This document shows positions 17,287-28,047 of a DNA stretch of 64,000 bases, piece after piece. A program made the translations under genes and the position numbers. Each line of letters begins with the position of its first letter. The first letter of the stretch is position 1. This DNA is from Candidatus Hermodarchaeota archaeon (GTDB taxonomy: Archaea; Asgardarchaeota; Lokiarchaeia; Sigyniarchaeales; SOKP01): assembly GCA_048885525.1 (NCBI GenBank), contig JBHLLP010000001.1, positions 64,001 to 128,000 on the forward strand, read 5' to 3'. Below the pieces are notes generated by a model, which saw only the letters and a program-made list of their open reading frames with translations, did not search any database and had not been told where the DNA came from.

Positions 17287-18321
17287 TTAAAATCTTCTTG
17301 TTTTCTTTGGATATATTTGAAAAGGAGTACGTGCTTCTTCGGAAATCCATTCTACGTTTTCATTTATATGAGAAAGTGATCTCAATAAGTCAAAAGTTAG
17401 CCAACGTGTAGCTTTTGGATGTGAGATATATTCCCATAATCCATATTCTCCTCGTTCAGACTTTATGAATTCTATGAAATCACAAATCCGCTCATCATCC
17501 TTACTAGCATCTACTCTCCAACAAAGATTTAATATATGAGCAATATCAAATTTAGCCATAAAAGTTATCCGTCCAAAAGACTTTTCTAATCCAATAAGAC
17601 GGGCAATCATGAAACCTACATTATTTCTTAATTTTGAATCAGTTCCAAGTATTAGATCTAGAGCTCGCTTAGCTTCATCACTTTTACTACGTTTAGGGTG
17701 ATAAGCAAGACAGGTGAGAACTGCTGTCGTATTCGATCGGCACCCCCATCTTGAATGAGCAAGACGGCGATATCCAGCAATTCCTCCATAATTACCTGCA
17801 GATAAACCAACAGGCCATGCCCCATCTTCTAAACGTTGTTCCATTAACCATTCAAATGCTTTCTCAGTTCTTTCATCCGTTGAATATCCACACATAACTA
17901 ATCCTAGAAGTGGAATTGCAGTTTGAATAGGCATCATCTGATATCCAATTTCTTCATCAATTAACTGTTTCTTACCAGGCATTGGCCAAGAACCATCTTT
18001 TTGTTGTTTTGAAAACATAAATTCTGCAGCTCTCTGCACAACTGGATAAGACGAATCAAAGCCAAAATAACCTAATCTCTGTAATGCTATAGATGTTATT
18101 TGAAGGTTATCACTGGTTGTAATTCGTTCTACCCCAAAAGAATCCCATGCTCCATTTTTTTTTTGGAGTTTAAGTAAATCTCTGACGAGGGAGTCTGATT
18201 CTCTCATTTCTGATAATTCTTGAACTTCTTTTTCATCCTTGGAATGGTGTAATAATTCAGTTAATACCAAATATCGTAAACAAGGAGATGGATCAGTTAA
18301 TAAAAGTGGAATCCATGTCAC
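17287..18321 (-). CDS. Prenyltransferase/terpene-cyclase-like alpha/alpha-barrel protein
   Basis: QW-type repeats QKKNGAW, QQKDGSW, QRLEDGAW and ERGEYGLW; no DxDD cyclase motif; GTGA overlap with the upstream gene. Confidence 0.7.
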   Translation of the reverse strand: MTWIPLLLTDPSPCLRYLVLTELLHHSKDEKEVQELSEMRESDSLVRDLLKLQKKNGAWDSFGVERITTSDNLQITSIALQRLGYFGFDSSYPVVQRAAEFMFSKQQKDGSWPMPGKKQLIDEEIGYQMMPIQTAIPLLGLVMCGYSTDERTEKAFEWLMEQRLEDGAWPVGLSAGNYGGIAGYRRLAHSRWGCRSNTTAVLTCLAYHPKRSKSDEAKRALDLILGTDSKLRNNVGFMIARLIGLEKSFGRITFMAKFDIAHILNLCWRVDASKDDERICDFIEFIKSERGEYGLWEYISHPKATRWLTFDLLRSLSHINENVEWISEEARTPFQIYPKKTRRF

Positions 18322-21300
18322 AATCCTCCCTCCAATACTTTTTTTAAATAAGATGCGGTGGGTGTATTTAGTTCTGCAACTTCTTCGGGAGGACCTTTAG
18401 CAATAATTTGACCTCCTTTTGGTCCCGCTCCTGGTCCTAATTCAATAATCCAATCGCATGATGCTAACACATAAGGATGATGTTCAATTACAACTACAGT
18501 ATGACCTCTATTAATTAAAAGGTGTAACACATCAATTAAATTAGACACATCCTCCATATGCTGTCCAATAGTCGGTTCATCTAAAATATAGAGCGTTTTT
18601 TTGTTGGATTTCTTCGATAATTCCTTCACTATTTTAAGTCTTTGAGCTTCACCTCCAGAAAGAGTACGAGCGGGCTGATTTAATTGCAAATAACCTAAAC
18701 CTACTTTCCTAGCATAATTTAATTTTGAATGAATTGTTTCAAAATCTTTAAACAATTCATAAGCTTCATCAATTGTTAAATTATTTATGTCTGGCAACGA
18801 AACACCTTTAAAGTATATTCGCCAAGCTTCAGCAAGATAACCAGATCCCTTACAGCTTTCGCAAGTTTCAACAATATCAGGTAAAAATTTCATATCTAAT
18901 TTGATAAAACCACGTCCATTGCAAACGGAACATCTTTTTTTTAATCTTTTTTCATTTAATCTTAAAACCTTTGCATCTTCAGTCTCAGCAAAAATTTTAA
19001 GTATAGAAGGTTCTAAACCTAAGAATTTAAGAGGACTTCCAATTTTTGCTTTAGTTTGATCTACCAATATTGTTTGAGGTAAAGAGCCTTCAATCTTTTC
19101 ATATTCCCCGGGATCAATAGGTTCTCGTGATACAGAAGTTGTATGTTTTATAGGCACTAAAGCTCTTCCCAATGTGTCAATTAGTAAAGTACTTTTTCCT
19201 GAACCTGAAACTCCACACAATCCAGTTAATGAACTGTGAGGAATCTCAACTAATTCACCTTTTAGGTTATGCTCTTTTGCTCCAAAAATCTTTAACCATT
19301 TCTTTGGTTTTCGAGTCTTTCTTGATAATTTAAATTTCCTTTTTCCACTTAACCAGTCTCCCGTAATAGTATTAGATTTTATAACTTCTTCTAAAGTTCC
19401 TTTAGCTACAATTTCGCCACCGTTGGCTCCTGCTCCTGGTCCCATATCAATAATGTAATCAGCGAATTCTAAAAATAGAGGATCATGTTCTATTATAATA
19501 ATTGTATTGCCTTTATTTCGTAATTTAATTAGAACCTTTAATAATGCCATTAGTTCAGAAGGATGTAAACCCCTTGAGGGTTCATCAAGTAGAATAGTTA
19601 AAGACGTTAATTCACTCCCTAATAGTCCAGCTAATCGTACTCTCTGAGCTTCTCCAGCTGAAAGGCTCTCAGCAATGCGATTTAAATTAATATATCCTAA
19701 TCCCGTTTTGATTAGAAATTCCAAACGAATCAAAATGACCTTAAGGCTATTTTTCACAAAATCTGGTATTTTATCTTCATTCTTTCCTTTTTTAAGAATT
19801 TCAAAGAGTTCATTCAATGGAATCTCGCACATCTGTGGGATGTTATATCCATAAAGAGAGATAGCTAGATATTGAGGACGTAATTTCATTCCATGACATT
19901 CATTGCATACTTCCTTATCTGTATAGGTCCCTCCTACATCCCAATCTCTTAACCAGTGCTCATAAAACCCTTTGAATTGAACTACTTTATTATAGATTTG
20001 TCCTTTTTTGTTTTCAAATTCTACATCTAAAGGTTCTTTTTCTCCAAATACAAATGCATTTTTTGCTAGTTCTGACATGTCATTCCAAGTTGTTGAAAAT
20101 GGATCAAAACCATAACGAGCTGCGAGAGCCTGAACTATATAATAACCCCCGTTATATGGTTTACATAGGTATCCTTTTGGAAAAAACCCGGGAGAGTACA
20201 TAGCGCCACTGCATAATGGTTTTTCAGGGTGAATTATTAATTTGTTTGGATTAGGGACTTGAAATGATCCTACTCCATGGCACTTAAGACAAGCTGCAGA
20301 ATAATTTGTAGGTATGAAATGTCTTGGTTTTGCAAAAACTATTGAAGTATTACACTTCTTACAAACCCATTTTTCTTCTCTTTCCATCCACTGATTGCAT
20401 TTAGGACAAGTTCGCTTTCCCATATAAGAAAATATATTCGACAAATGGAGTATTATGTCTGTAGCCTTTCCTATAGTATTTCTGAGATTAAAATACCATC
20501 CATGTATAATTTTTTCAGGGATAATTGATGCTGTTATACCTAAACCTTGAATATTTTCTACTAGAGCTTCAGTGCTTTCTTTTATACCTTGTCTTTCATA
20601 CATCGATAATGTTTCTAAATACCTACGTCGTGCTTCTGTTTCAAGTGTATCTATTATCAAACTGGATTTACCTGATCCAGAGACTCCTGTGATTACAGTT
20701 AATTTCTTTTTTGGTATTTTAACATTTACATTCTTTAAATTATGAATATGAGCATTTTGAATAATAATATTTTCTGAACTTTCTCGTTTCTTCTTTACTT
20801 TTTCAATTAATGGTAAGGTTTTTTCCTCTTCTTTCAAAGCTCGAGCTGTAAGAGATGAATGTATATCCATAAATTCTTTTAACGAACCCTGATAAATTAT
20901 TTCTCCACCAGAAGGTCCAGAACCTGGACCAAGGTCTATAATCCAATCAGCAGCTCTTATAATGTCTATATTATGTTCAACTACAACTAAAGTTGCTCCA
21001 TTTTGAATCAAGTTATTCAAAATTTTTAGTAACCCTGCTAAATCCTGGGGGTGCAATCCTGTTGAAGGTTCATCAAGAATAATTAAATGGTCCTTTAGAG
21101 TCTTTCTACCAAGGTATTTTGATAATTTAATTCGTTGAGCTTCACCCCCAGATAATGTTGGTGAGGGTTGGCCTAAAGAAAGATATCCCAAACCGATATC
21201 ATTAAGAGCTTTTAACATTTGATTTGCAGAATTTAGATCTCCAATAGATAATCGCTTCTCTTTATCTAAAATCTTAACAACCTCTGAAATTGGTATATCA

Positions 21301-23207
21301 TAGAATTCTGCAATAGAATATTCTTTATCTTCAAACTTAACTTTTTCAGTAAGAATCTCTTCAGAAAATCTCTGACCATTACAATCTGGGCAATCAATCC
21401 AATTAGAAGGTAAATATCTCATTTTAATTTCAAGGGCACCCATTCCATTGCATGTTGGACATTGACCTTCTGGAGTATTAAATGAAAAATAAGTAGCATT
21501 AAATCTAGTAGCCTTAGCAAACACTTTTCTAATAAGATCAGCTATCTTTGTATATGTAGCAGGATTTGATCTAGGATTTTTGCCAATGGGTCCTTGATCT
21601 ACCATTATAGGTTTAACATTTGGACCTTTTATTCCATCACAACCAATAGTTTCCTTTCCTTTTAATGTGGAAAATAATACATTTTCAACTAAAGTACTTT
21701 TTCCCGAACCAGATACGCCTGTGATGACCGTTAGACGATTTAAAGGGATCTTACAACTAATATTCTTCAAATTATGCTTTTTAGCATTCTCTACTGTAAG
21801 AAATAATTGAGGTTTAGGTCTATATTTGGGAATTTTTACTTTTTCTCTTGAACTAAAAAACTTACCTGTTGGTGTCTCTGCTTTCCATAACTCAGCAGGA
21901 GTTCCAGTAAATATGATTTCACCCCCATATCTTCCAGCTCCGGGACCGATATCAATCACATTATCTGCAGATAATGCAGCTTGCCGGTCATGTTCAATAT
22001 AAATCACTGGACCCTCAAGATTGTGAAGTACTGGTAATAATCGTGCGACATCAGCGGGATGTTGACCAATCGTCGGTTCATCAAGTATATGTGTTATATC
22101 CTCTAATTCACTTAATAATGCAATAGCTAGTCGAACTCTTTGAGACTCCCCTCTTGATAAAGTTGGAGAAACTCGATCTAACGTTAGATAGTCTAGACCT
22201 ACAGTCTTTAATGCAAGCAGACGTTTTTTGATTTCTTGTAGTAATCTATTTGTAATTGGTAATTCCTCTTTAGAGAAGTAAGTGATTAGTTCTCCCACTG
22301 ATTTTGTTAATATTTGGGAAAATAACATACCTTCCCAAGAAACATTAGATGCTAGTGGATGATATCCTGTTTTATTACATTCTTTACACCCTCTTCCCTT
22401 ACAATGAGGACAATTTTTCTTAAAGTGTGTAGGTTCAAGCTCACCAAACCAATTGCCACATTCCACACATATAGGAACTCGAGAAATGATAGATTTTACT
22501 GATTTTCCTTCAACAATTAATGAATTTGCCCCTAATGAGGAGATAGTTTTAACTATATTTCGAATCTCATTAATATTGCTGCTTGCGGTCACTTGACCAA
22601 TTTGAATCTGAATATCATGAGATTCCTTTGGATTTAATTCTGTCCTTACAGGTTTTCCGTCAACTAAAACTGCTTCAAAACCAAATTCCTTCTTTAGAAG
22701 TTCAATTAAGGTTTGATGACTCCCTTTTATTTTTCTTACTAAAAGAGCAGAAATAATTAATGATTCTCTTTTTCTCAATCCATCTACTTTAGCGATAATC
22801 TCGTCTTCTTTTAAAACAGACAAATTACTACCACATACATGGCATTTTCTATCACCAAATCTGGCATATAAAATCTTTAAAAGCGGAATAAGACCTATTG
22901 CTGATGCTAAGATGGAATTTGGATTTCGATTAAGAACATTCTGTCCAAGAGCTATTGTAGGTCCTAGTCCAGTTATAGACCTTACTTTCGCAGGACTTAA
23001 TTTTATTTCATCTTTACTAACTGAAAATGCTTCTAAAAACCTGCGACGAGCTTCCTTATACAATATGTCGAAAATAAGTGAAGTTTTTCCCGAACCAGAA
23101 ACACCAGTTATCACCGTTAGCCCGTCTTTTATATCAACATCAACATTCTTTAAATTATGTTCCTCTGCTCCACGAATTTTTATCTCCATATTACTTCTAA
23201 CATCCAT
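18318..23207 (-). CDS. Tandem-duplicated UvrA-like ABC ATPase (four NBDs, 1629 aa)
   Basis: Four GVSGSGK[ST] Walker A motifs; signatures LSRGE, LSGGE, LSAGE, LSGGE; four LDEP Walker B motifs; several CxxC zinc modules; repeated HNLKNV and DLGPGAG motifs. Confidence 0.9.
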   Translation of the reverse strand: MDVRSNMEIKIRGAEEHNLKNVDVDIKDGLTVITGVSGSGKTSLIFDILYKEARRRFLEAFSVSKDEIKLSPAKVRSITGLGPTIALGQNVLNRNPNSILASAIGLIPLLKILYARFGDRKCHVCGSNLSVLKEDEIIAKVDGLRKRESLIISALLVRKIKGSHQTLIELLKKEFGFEAVLVDGKPVRTELNPKESHDIQIQIGQVTASSNINEIRNIVKTISSLGANSLIVEGKSVKSIISRVPICVECGNWFGELEPTHFKKNCPHCKGRGCKECNKTGYHPLASNVSWEGMLFSQILTKSVGELITYFSKEELPITNRLLQEIKKRLLALKTVGLDYLTLDRVSPTLSRGESQRVRLAIALLSELEDITHILDEPTIGQHPADVARLLPVLHNLEGPVIYIEHDRQAALSADNVIDIGPGAGRYGGEIIFTGTPAELWKAETPTGKFFSSREKVKIPKYRPKPQLFLTVENAKKHNLKNISCKIPLNRLTVITGVSGSGKSTLVENVLFSTLKGKETIGCDGIKGPNVKPIMVDQGPIGKNPRSNPATYTKIADLIRKVFAKATRFNATYFSFNTPEGQCPTCNGMGALEIKMRYLPSNWIDCPDCNGQRFSEEILTEKVKFEDKEYSIAEFYDIPISEVVKILDKEKRLSIGDLNSANQMLKALNDIGLGYLSLGQPSPTLSGGEAQRIKLSKYLGRKTLKDHLIILDEPSTGLHPQDLAGLLKILNNLIQNGATLVVVEHNIDIIRAADWIIDLGPGSGPSGGEIIYQGSLKEFMDIHSSLTARALKEEEKTLPLIEKVKKKRESSENIIIQNAHIHNLKNVNVKIPKKKLTVITGVSGSGKSSLIIDTLETEARRRYLETLSMYERQGIKESTEALVENIQGLGITASIIPEKIIHGWYFNLRNTIGKATDIILHLSNIFSYMGKRTCPKCNQWMEREEKWVCKKCNTSIVFAKPRHFIPTNYSAACLKCHGVGSFQVPNPNKLIIHPEKPLCSGAMYSPGFFPKGYLCKPYNGGYYIVQALAARYGFDPFSTTWNDMSELAKNAFVFGEKEPLDVEFENKKGQIYNKVVQFKGFYEHWLRDWDVGGTYTDKEVCNECHGMKLRPQYLAISLYGYNIPQMCEIPLNELFEILKKGKNEDKIPDFVKNSLKVILIRLEFLIKTGLGYINLNRIAESLSAGEAQRVRLAGLLGSELTSLTILLDEPSRGLHPSELMALLKVLIKLRNKGNTIIIIEHDPLFLEFADYIIDMGPGAGANGGEIVAKGTLEEVIKSNTITGDWLSGKRKFKLSRKTRKPKKWLKIFGAKEHNLKGELVEIPHSSLTGLCGVSGSGKSTLLIDTLGRALVPIKHTTSVSREPIDPGEYEKIEGSLPQTILVDQTKAKIGSPLKFLGLEPSILKIFAETEDAKVLRLNEKRLKKRCSVCNGRGFIKLDMKFLPDIVETCESCKGSGYLAEAWRIYFKGVSLPDINNLTIDEAYELFKDFETIHSKLNYARKVGLGYLQLNQPARTLSGGEAQRLKIVKELSKKSNKKTLYILDEPTIGQHMEDVSNLIDVLHLLINRGHTVVVIEHHPYVLASCDWIIELGPGAGPKGGQIIAKGPPEEVAELNTPTASYLKKVLEGGL

Positions 23208-25721
23208 TTAATTAAGATACGGACCAGTCTTGGATTTTTTATTCATTTTTATATCTGTTGAAGTACCTTCTGCGATAATCTTTCCTCCTTTAGGCCCTCC
23301 CTCAGGTCCTAATTCTATGATGTAATCGCAATATGAAAGAATCTCGGGATCATGTTCTATAATTATAACAGAATTACCTTCCCTAACTAATTTTTCAAGT
23401 AATTCCATTAGTTTTATTGCATCATAAAATGATAATCCAACTGTTGGCTCATCCAAAATATAAAGGGATTTCCCTTTTCTAACTTTTCCCAGTTCCTTTG
23501 CTAATTTTATACGTTGAGCTTCTCCCCCACTTAGAGTAGGAGCGGGTTGTCCAAGCTCAATATATCCCATTCCAATATCATCTAAAATATTAAGTACTTT
23601 TGAGATGCTTTCTTGTGTTTTAAATAATTCATTAGCTTCGTTAACAGTTATTCCAAGCACATCTGCTATGGATTTCCTTTTATACTTGATTTCTAATATC
23701 TCTGGTTTATATCTTGATCCTTTACACTCTTTACAGGGGATTGTAAAACTTGTAAGGAATGAGACTTGAAGATCTTGAACTCCTTGCCCCTTACATGCTG
23801 GGCAACGTCCTCTGTCAGAATTATAGGAAAAGTGTCCTGTAGTAAATTTACGTTTCTTAGCTTCAGCAGTTTTTGAAAATAAGTTGCGTATCTTGTCCCA
23901 AATACCGATAAATGAGCAAGGAGTGGATGTTCGTACTCTCGATATAGGTTTTTGATTAACTACTATGACTTCATCAATATTTTCCCATCCCTCTACCTGT
24001 CCAAAGTATTCTAATAATCCTTCACCATTTTCTTCATTTTCTTCCTCTTCCCCATTAATACTTTTTTGTTTTCCTTTTCTTTTAACTCTTCTCTTAAAGT
24101 ATGGTTTTAACAAAGGTACTAGTGTATCTAAAATAAGCGAGCTCTTACCAGAACCTGAAACACCCGCAACTCCTACCATTACGCCCAATGGTATTTTTAC
24201 TGTAACATTCTTCAGGTTATTTGTATTGGCATTACTTAATGTTATATATTTCGTAGTTCTATCAATATGCCTTAATGATTCAATTTCCTTTTTAGGCAAT
24301 TCTATTTGCCCTGCGAGGAATTGTCCTGTATATGATTCCTTAATCTGTTTAATGCCATCTAAAGCTCCTTGATAAACTATTTCACCACCATGAATACCAG
24401 CCCCGGGACCGATATCGATGATTTCATCAGCAATCTCAATAAACCGCTTATCATGCTCAACTACTATAATAGTATTTCCCAAATCCTTTAATTGCTGCAG
24501 TAGAGTAACTAATGAATCTTTTTCAAGCTCGTGCAAACTCATACTGGGTTCATCTAAAATATATATTAATGAGTCTAGACCTCCATCTAAATGAGTCATA
24601 AGTGATAATCTTTGTAATTCTCCCCCACTAAGTGTTGGTAAAGAGCGGTGTAAGTGAAGATAGGAAAGTCCAACATTAACCATCCGCTTTAAACCTAGTT
24701 TTACATTATCAAGTATCGCTCTTCCTTGAGGTCTTTTTATATCTTCATCACTTAAATTATCGAAATGTTCTTGTAATTCATCAATAGTCATCATAGCTAA
24801 CTCACCAATATGTTTTTCAGAGATTTTAATTCCTCGTGCTTCTTCATTAATTCTATATCCTTGACAATCTTCACATTTCTTCTTGGACATGTATTCCTTA
24901 GTAATCTTGTTCTTTCTATAATCACTCTTACCTTCAGTCATTGCACGTTCCATGTGGGGTATGATACCTTCAAATACACGTTCCAATTCTCCCTGAAAAG
25001 TCTTTGATTCCCACCAAAACTTTAACTTTTTACCCTTACTACCATATAGATATAAGTCTTTTATTTCCTGAGGTAAGTCCTTGTAGGGAGTATTCATATT
25101 AAAATCAAAGAAATTAGGGAGTTGTTCTACGAATTTGATTTGATCGGCAAAACAACCAGAACCCGCTTTTGTAATCTGCATTAAAGTTCTACTATAATCT
25201 TGAACGATCATTTCTTCAGTGAAATGCATCTCATATCCGCGACCCTTACAAGTTAAGCACATCCCTGAAGGTTCATTAAAGGAAAAATGCTTAATTTGCT
25301 TGCGATCCACAACCATCCCACATATGTCGCATTCGAGGGTTGATTGGTTCACTGGTTCTTTGCAAATAGGACATAAAAGGATACCTTGAGTAGCATATAG
25401 CATCCTAATTAAACTATAAATCCCTGTTTTTGTACCAACTGTAGACCGGGGATTAAATACGCGTGTAGTCCTCTGTTCTACTGCCACGGTAGGACTTAAC
25501 CCTTCGATCATATCGAAAGGTTTTTCATCTTCAAACTTAGGTGGGAACCCAATAGATTGAAGATATCGATTCATTCCTTCATCAAATATAATATCAAATG
25601 CCAAGCTAGACTTTCCCGATCCAGAAACACCTGTTATTAGGATCATCTTCCCTTTAGGAATATCGACATCTATATCTTTTAAATTATGAATTCTTGCTCC
25701 TCTTACCTTTATTATATCCAT
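23208..25721 (-). CDS. UvrA-like ABC ATPase (two NBDs; short UvrA2/DrrC-like architecture)
   Basis: GARIHNLK, two GVSGSGKS, FSFN..GMC..CKG.G, and two LSGGE motifs; appears to lack the UvrB-binding domain. Confidence 0.88.
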   Translation of the reverse strand: MDIIKVRGARIHNLKDIDVDIPKGKMILITGVSGSGKSSLAFDIIFDEGMNRYLQSIGFPPKFEDEKPFDMIEGLSPTVAVEQRTTRVFNPRSTVGTKTGIYSLIRMLYATQGILLCPICKEPVNQSTLECDICGMVVDRKQIKHFSFNEPSGMCLTCKGRGYEMHFTEEMIVQDYSRTLMQITKAGSGCFADQIKFVEQLPNFFDFNMNTPYKDLPQEIKDLYLYGSKGKKLKFWWESKTFQGELERVFEGIIPHMERAMTEGKSDYRKNKITKEYMSKKKCEDCQGYRINEEARGIKISEKHIGELAMMTIDELQEHFDNLSDEDIKRPQGRAILDNVKLGLKRMVNVGLSYLHLHRSLPTLSGGELQRLSLMTHLDGGLDSLIYILDEPSMSLHELEKDSLVTLLQQLKDLGNTIIVVEHDKRFIEIADEIIDIGPGAGIHGGEIVYQGALDGIKQIKESYTGQFLAGQIELPKKEIESLRHIDRTTKYITLSNANTNNLKNVTVKIPLGVMVGVAGVSGSGKSSLILDTLVPLLKPYFKRRVKRKGKQKSINGEEEENEENGEGLLEYFGQVEGWENIDEVIVVNQKPISRVRTSTPCSFIGIWDKIRNLFSKTAEAKKRKFTTGHFSYNSDRGRCPACKGQGVQDLQVSFLTSFTIPCKECKGSRYKPEILEIKYKRKSIADVLGITVNEANELFKTQESISKVLNILDDIGMGYIELGQPAPTLSGGEAQRIKLAKELGKVRKGKSLYILDEPTVGLSFYDAIKLMELLEKLVREGNSVIIIEHDPEILSYCDYIIELGPEGGPKGGKIIAEGTSTDIKMNKKSKTGPYLN

Positions 25722-25736
25722 TTTTGACCCCCATTT

Positions 25737-26408
25737 TCATTCTATTTTTTGTAATATGTAAGTTGTACATTCAAAACCCGTGGGATTTTTTTTTACCATA
25801 TCGATTTCTGCTAAATGACGTTTAATTTCTTTAATATCGTCAATATTTTCATATTTATTACGCAACTCATTTACTTTCTTTTCTAATGGAGCGTAGTATT
25901 CCTTCCACCAGCATTTTTCAGCCCATGGAATTTGCTTTAAAACATTAAAACCAAATTTTGGAAAATGTTTAAGCTTCTTATCTGCCCAATTATTAGCTTC
26001 ACCTGAAATCAAATAACCATTTAACTTTAGTATTCTATTACATTCAGTTATAGCCTTCTTGAAATCAAGAAGATGTATAACCCCTTCTTCCCAAATGATA
26101 TCAAACGTCTCGTCTTCAAATTTTGTATCATATATTGAACGATTAAATATTTCTATTCTATCTGAAAGTCCTTCTTGCTTAATTTTATGATTAAATTTAT
26201 TTAATGAATCCTGATCAATATCTATACCAGTTATTTTTCCATTACTTAACTTAACCAACTCCAAGGAGGGCATTCCAGTACCACATCCAATGTCAAGGAT
26301 GCGTGGTTTATCTATCCTTGGGATGCTTTCAAATGCCATTCTAGTGTATTGTAGAAACACAGCTCGAAGTCCCTCAGCATTTAGTTCTTTTAGTATATTT
26401 TCAACCAT
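25737..26408 (-). CDS. Class I SAM-dependent methyltransferase
   Basis: ILDIGCGTG, GIDID and FDIIWEEG motifs. Confidence 0.9.
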   Translation of the reverse strand: MVENILKELNAEGLRAVFLQYTRMAFESIPRIDKPRILDIGCGTGMPSLELVKLSNGKITGIDIDQDSLNKFNHKIKQEGLSDRIEIFNRSIYDTKFEDETFDIIWEEGVIHLLDFKKAITECNRILKLNGYLISGEANNWADKKLKHFPKFGFNVLKQIPWAEKCWWKEYYAPLEKKVNELRNKYENIDDIKEIKRHLAEIDMVKKNPTGFECTTYILQKIE

Positions 26409-26425
26409 TTTAAATCAAACCTCCC

Positions 26426-27595
26426 TTAAATTGCTTTTTTTACGGTTTCCCATGCTTTAGTTTCTAATTCCAACCATTCTTGAATACCCCAGTCAATCTC
26501 TGGAATTCGTTCTCTCCAAGCATCCGCCTCTTTTTTTGCCCCATCTAGCACTTTCTCACTCTCATTATTTAATTGTTTTAATTGCTTTTGATAATCTTTT
26601 TCTCCAGCTTCTGTAATTTTGTTACTTTTAAGGAATATTTCTCTAAGTTTACCCAAATTTGGAAGGTCATCTGGTAAAATGAGAGTTTCTAAGTCATGAA
26701 TTTTTTTAACGATATCCCCAAATATATCTGAAGCTCTCAGAAGTCCATCATTATTCAACAATTCGCCTGCTTCCTTCAAGAAATCTCTATATAAAATTCT
26801 AAACATAGCCCCCCCAGTCCCGCCGGTTTCCATGTAAATGAACACACTTACTAAACCAAAAATTAAATTTTCATCAGTGAACTCAGTTCCCCAAGTAGGA
26901 AGCATTATTCTCCACTTTTGGAAGCCTGTTAATCCCATATTTTTAATGGGAGGATTATACATGAAATTTACATTTGCTTTTATAGCTGCTGGTATAAGCT
27001 CTTTCAAATCCTTAATCTTTTTTGGTAGGACTAACTCAACTAGTTTATTCTTTGCTGGAAACGGTGCATGCTTACTTCCTCTTGCTGCCTTTAGTTCTTC
27101 ATAGGTCATAAGATGAGGATTTGCATATCTATCTGAGATATAAGCCATATTTTTCTCCTCATCTATTCCGTATGTTACAAATGTATGTGCTCCAAAATGA
27201 CCTGATTTTTCATTTGGAATGGGTGTTCCTTCTGCAAAAAAGAAAGGTAGATAAGCGAAGTCAACAAATGTAATTGCAGGTTGCTCTTTCTCTAATAGAG
27301 CCACTAAATTATTATGGGCTACATTTACAGATGCCGTTTCTGTTATTTTAACACTCCCTCCTAAACGATTTAGGACCCGTTCAAATACTTCAGTTTTTTT
27401 CACAGCTAATCCTAAAACCATTGGAAAAGGCATGCGTTTCATGTAAAAATAGAAGAATCCTAATCCAGAGCTTAAACCAACAATCATTGGTTCAGAAAGT
27501 TCAATATCATAGTATGCGAGCACTTTTCTAAGACTAGACATCTGGCAGTTTGCGCCTGCCATGTGTTTAAAATCATCGATTACTATTCTAACCAT
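26426..27595 (-). CDS. BtrH-like papain-fold cysteine hydrolase (BtrH_N plus DUF4872-like)
   Basis: H..GANCQMSSL, SEPMIVGL..GLGF, HFGAH and YISD give a putative Cys-His-Asp triad; ETGGTGGAMFR.LY..FL. Confidence 0.8.
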   Translation of the reverse strand: MVRIVIDDFKHMAGANCQMSSLRKVLAYYDIELSEPMIVGLSSGLGFFYFYMKRMPFPMVLGLAVKKTEVFERVLNRLGGSVKITETASVNVAHNNLVALLEKEQPAITFVDFAYLPFFFAEGTPIPNEKSGHFGAHTFVTYGIDEEKNMAYISDRYANPHLMTYEELKAARGSKHAPFPAKNKLVELVLPKKIKDLKELIPAAIKANVNFMYNPPIKNMGLTGFQKWRIMLPTWGTEFTDENLIFGLVSVFIYMETGGTGGAMFRILYRDFLKEAGELLNNDGLLRASDIFGDIVKKIHDLETLILPDDLPNLGKLREIFLKSNKITEAGEKDYQKQLKQLNNESEKVLDGAKKEADAWRERIPEIDWGIQEWLELETKAWETVKKAI

Positions 27596-27607
27596 TTTAT
27601 TTTCCTC

Positions 27608-28036
27608 CTATTTTATATTTGGATTTATTTTCAATCCACATTCATAACATTTTGTATCATGTATACAAATCTCATCACCACATTCGGGGCAAGTATATAG
27701 CTTTTTTTTTTCTTTGAGCCAAGACTCAACTCCAATTTCTTTAAGTCTCTTCAAATTTTTAATTGGACTAACATTGTACCTACTCACATAAGTATCATCA
27801 ATTTTCTTCAAATTATCACATGGGAATTTTTCACATTCATAACAGTATTCCAATTCCTTTTTCCTAATTGGGGGACAATCTCTTTTAATGAAAGAGCAAT
27901 TTTTATTACGGATTCTACAACCTAAACATCCATATTTAAGACCTTTTTCTTCCAAAAGATTTTTCTTCCTGATTAAATATGACCTACAGGCACCACAATA
28001 AATTCCACAAGGTGCAGCTAAATTATTATCTATCAT
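27608..28036 (-). CDS. DUF3795-type Cys-rich protein
   Basis: APCGIYCGAC, CLGCR, YCYECEKFPC and a C-terminal CPECG...CYECG. Confidence 0.82.
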   Translation of the reverse strand: MIDNNLAAPCGIYCGACRSYLIRKKNLLEEKGLKYGCLGCRIRNKNCSFIKRDCPPIRKKELEYCYECEKFPCDNLKKIDDTYVSRYNVSPIKNLKRLKEIGVESWLKEKKKLYTCPECGDEICIHDTKCYECGLKINPNIK

Positions 28037-28047
28037 TTGATTCTCAC

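Noticed and set aside
17287-18321. Squalene-hopene or oxidosqualene cyclase
   Set aside because: Only a single barrel of 344 aa with no DxDD/DCTAE catalytic motif.
18318-25721. Canonical uvrA of nucleotide excision repair
   Set aside because: No uvrB or uvrC nearby, atypical architectures, and a detoxification-like gene context, so no gene symbol was assigned.
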